Origin: Bdellovibrionales bacterium
GTDB lineage: Bacteria; Bdellovibrionota; Bdellovibrionia; Bdellovibrionales; UBA1609
Direction of reading: 5' to 3'
Assembly (NCBI GenBank): GCA_965203095.1
Contig: OZ241877.1
Span: 1,248,001 to 1,312,000 of the forward strand
Length of the DNA stretch: 64,000 bases
The notes below the pieces were generated by a model. It searched no databases. It saw nothing but the letters and a program-made list of their open reading frames with translations, and had not been told where the DNA came from. Both the position numbers and the translations under genes were made by a program. Positions 61,383-64,000 of the stretch are shown piece after piece (the stretch's first letter is position 1; every line of letters starts with the position of its first letter).

Positions 61383-61535
61383 TATACTATAGGCTTTTTT
61401 TAAAACTGTCTTATTTTGAGACACTTTTTATAAAAAAGCTTCTTTTAAAAATTTCGCATAAAGGTTGACATATTGTTGGAAAAAATGACACAAAAGCAGT
61501 AAATAGATTTACACTTTAATTAAAAGGAGTAGAAC

Positions 61536-61955
61536 ATGAGTGAAACCCCTCGCCGGCTCATCATACCGGAGGACAACTACTACTACACAGCAACCCATGA
61601 GTGGATCTGTATGGACGATAAAAACTCCATCACTGTGGGGATTACCTATTATGCTCAAGATAGCTTAGGGGAAATTGTCAGCTGGAAACTGCCTCAAAAA
61701 GGCCAGTTTTTTGAAAAAGCTCAAGCTTTTGGTTGGGTGGAAAGCAATAAAAGTGTCAGTGATATTTATATGCCAGTCTCCGGCGAAGTTGTGGAGATAA
61801 ATAATTCTCTCAGCCCCAGTCTCATTAGCGATCGGCCTATGGACGAAGGTTGGCTGATTCGGGTAGAGATCACTAAGGAGGGGGATTTGGTCTCTTTGCT
61901 CAACCCTTTAGCTTATCGAAAACTCATTGAACAGGAAATCAAAAACTTGAAATAA
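61536..61955 (+). CDS. gcvH: Glycine cleavage system H protein
   Basis: THEWI, VGITYYAQDSLGEI, VESNKSVSDIYMPVSGEV (lipoyl Lys). Confidence 0.88.
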   Translation: MSETPRRLIIPEDNYYYTATHEWICMDDKNSITVGITYYAQDSLGEIVSWKLPQKGQFFEKAQAFGWVESNKSVSDIYMPVSGEVVEINNSLSPSLISDRPMDEGWLIRVEITKEGDLVSLLNPLAYRKLIEQEIKNLK

Positions 61956-62123
61956 AACCAGCTGAAGTGCATTTTGATAGGCTGGTTTTTATATGGGTTC
62001 ATGACATTTTAAGCTATGTTTGATATTATGCTGATCACAGTTGAATTTTCCGGTCAAAACAGAGTAGAAAAAGTAGGAATTTTCAAATAAAATCAGTATA
62101 GATAAAGTGTTGAAATGGTTTAA

Positions 62124-62210
62124 GCCCGCGTGGCGGAACTGGCAGACGTGCTGGACTTAGGATCCAGTGCCTTTTTAGGCGTGGGGGTTCGACTCCCTCC
62201 GCGGGCACCA
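62124..62210 (+). tRNA. tRNA-Leu (anticodon UAG)
   Basis: GCCCGCG/CGCGGGC acceptor stem, CTGGA-CTTAGGA-TCCAG anticodon arm, long variable arm, GTTCGAC T-loop, encoded CCA. Confidence 0.96.
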
Positions 62211-62271
62211 ATTTTTATGGATAAGCCTTCCCTATTTTTTTAATCAAAATGGTTAAGCTTTTCCACTTGTT

Positions 62272-62429
62272 AAAGCCTTATTTTTCAAGCCCGCTTTGTG
62301 AGCTTGCTAAAAATTCCCCCGGACTTGTTGGCTCTTGCAACAGCGGGAATCCAAAAAACCTTGCCATTTTGAAAACAGAGGGCAGGAGGGAGTCAAGGAC
62401 ATCCCTCTCAAAGCCTTATTTTTCAAGCC
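62272..62429. repeat. 20-bp direct repeat pair downstream of the tRNA
   Basis: AAAGCCTTATTTTTCAAGCC at 62272-62291 and 62410-62429; a GCGGGAATCC half-palindrome lies between them. Confidence 0.7.
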
Positions 62430-62529
62430 TTGTCTGGTTTTTTATAAAATAGCTTAAAGTTTTTTACAAAACCAACCGATAGATAAATTAGTTTAAAAAA
62501 ATCTCTAAAACACACATTAGGAGGAATCA

Positions 62530-64000
62530 ATGGAAGACATTTTTAAACCAGAAAGTTTAAGCATAAAAAATCTATTTAGCTCGCCTGATTCCTTATTTGA
62601 AGTCCCCATATACCAACGACCTTACAGTTGGGGAGAAGAAGAAGTGGAGCAACTTTGGGATGACTTATATACAGCTTGGATAGAACAAGAAGAAAATCAA
62701 AATTACTTTTTAGGTTCTATTATTACTATTTCTAAGGATAACAGTTATCAAGACATAGTGGATGGCCAACAAAGGCTTACAACCCTTATGATTCTTTTTT
62801 GTGTAATTAGAGACATCTATCCAAAGATCAATTCAAAAATTGACATCAATAAATATCCAGGAGTTATTAGAATCAATAGAATTAAAGGTTTTATTTGTGA
62901 TACAGATGACAGGAAAAGATTAAAATTATTTACTCATGCCTCCCATCAAAATGATTTTGAAACATGTATTTTGAAAGAAGGGGCTACAAATAAAACACAA
63001 CAAAAAAACAGAGATCAAGGACATGTAAGAGATAGATTTATACAGGTTTCTGATTTTTTTAGAGAAAAGTTATGTGAGATGGGGGAAGAAGAAACAGGCA
63101 AATTACTAAATTATATTGGAAATCATGTAAAAATGATAAAAATCACATGCAAAGACAGATCTTTTGCTATAAAATTATTTCAAGTATTAAATGATAGAGG
63201 TAAAAATTTAGAACCTTCTGACTTAATAAAAAGTGCTTTAATTTCAAGACTTCCAGAGAACAAACATAAACAATTTATTGCAGATTGGGATAAAGCCAAC
63301 AATATAATAGAAAGTTTTGATTGTGACACAAATATTGATGATATGTTCACTTTATATGTCTATTATAATCTTGCCTCTAATCCTAAAAGGAATAACTATG
63401 AAGAAGTTGAAGGTTTTTCTAAAAATAAAGATTCAAACGAAGTTATAAATGATTTTAAAAACTTTTGCAGTTTATATGAAAAACACATATCCAATTCAAA
63501 TAATAAAATTATAAATAGTTTATGGTATTTGAGATGGAAATATCACTGGAAAGCTGTAATGATAACTGCTTTAAAACATGATTTTTCAGAATACAAAGAA
63601 CTTCTATTTGAATTGAGAAGATTTTATTATCTCAACTGGATTGCGGGAAAAACTGTTAACACAATTAAACAAGCTTCGTTTAATCTTATAAAATTTATCA
63701 AAGAGGGAAAGCCCCTTTCTTTTATTAAAGAGGAACTAAATAAAAAATTAGAAGAGGATAATATTTTTCAACTTATTCTGTCCAACTTAAAATCAAATTC
63801 TGCAAAGCCTCGTTGGATTAGACCTGTTTTAATGATGATAGAATACAATCAAACAGACAATGAGGATAAAGACTTTATTCCTTTAAACAGCAAAATTCAT
63901 TTAGAGCATGTTTTACCCATTCAATATAAAAAAATTTCAGGATGGGAGCATATTGAAGAAGATACAGCAAATAACTATCTAAATTCTATAGGGAATTTGA
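62530..64000 (+). CDS. DUF262-DUF1524 (GmrSD/SspE-like) protein, runs off the window edge
   Basis: My translation: MEDIFKPESLSIKNLF..VPIYQRPYSW..YFLGSII..IVDGQQRLTT..FQVLNDRG..HLEHVLP..IGNL. AGGAGG RBS. Confidence 0.88.
   Translation, partial: MEDIFKPESLSIKNLFSSPDSLFEVPIYQRPYSWGEEEVEQLWDDLYTAWIEQEENQNYFLGSIITISKDNSYQDIVDGQQRLTTLMILFCVIRDIYPKINSKIDINKYPGVIRINRIKGFICDTDDRKRLKLFTHASHQNDFETCILKEGATNKTQQKNRDQGHVRDRFIQVSDFFREKLCEMGEEETGKLLNYIGNHVKMIKITCKDRSFAIKLFQVLNDRGKNLEPSDLIKSALISRLPENKHKQFIADWDKANNIIESFDCDTNIDDMFTLYVYYNLASNPKRNNYEEVEGFSKNKDSNEVINDFKNFCSLYEKHISNSNNKIINSLWYLRWKYHWKAVMITALKHDFSEYKELLFELRRFYYLNWIAGKTVNTIKQASFNLIKFIKEGKPLSFIKEELNKKLEEDNIFQLILSNLKSNSAKPRWIRPVLMMIEYNQTDNEDKDFIPLNSKIHLEHVLPIQYKKISGWEHIEEDTANNYLNSIGNL

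Noticed and set aside
62249..62452. 67-aa ORF after the tRNA
   Set aside because: Built from the 20-bp direct repeats and a palindrome remnant (KPYFSS twice); probably non-coding.
1..64000. Prophage, integron, retron or diversity-generating retroelement
   Set aside because: No integrase, reverse transcriptase, phage structural gene or attC-like array was recognised in the window.

Overview
AT-rich bacterial chromosomal segment. Gene content and sigma28-like promoters suggest a Bdellovibrionota-like organism (inference only). Housekeeping blocks are carAB plus an ABC-2 transporter, maiA-hppD-hmgA, ctaA-lpdA-sucB, fsa, nth, citrate synthase, gor, a leucine-degradation carboxylase cluster, asnS, gcvH and tRNA-Leu(UAG). 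These alternate with accessory regions. The main find is an ~11.6 kb defence locus (40783-52411) that reads as a complete Ssp-type DNA phosphorothioation system: sspB (DUF4007), sspC (ATPase), sspD (PAPS reductase), sspE (DUF262-DUF1524) and sspA (cysteine desulfurase). A PD-(D/E)XK nuclease gene and an N6-methyltransferase/TRD gene are nested between sspD and sspE. Two apparently identical IS630 copies each split a gene, and both genes rejoin in frame: a ~1300-aa secreted HEXXH protein and a ~678-aa HTH-fused N6 methyltransferase. Other observations: a duplicated [beta-barrel + EF-hand protein] x2 operon; a MITE family with 8-bp flanking direct repeats; RPE/dRS3-like palindromes, one in frame within a CDS; a small membrane-protein family dispersed together with its promoter; a signal-peptide module shared by unrelated secreted proteins; a degenerate sigma54-activator homologue; and a second DUF262-DUF1524 gene next to the tRNA.
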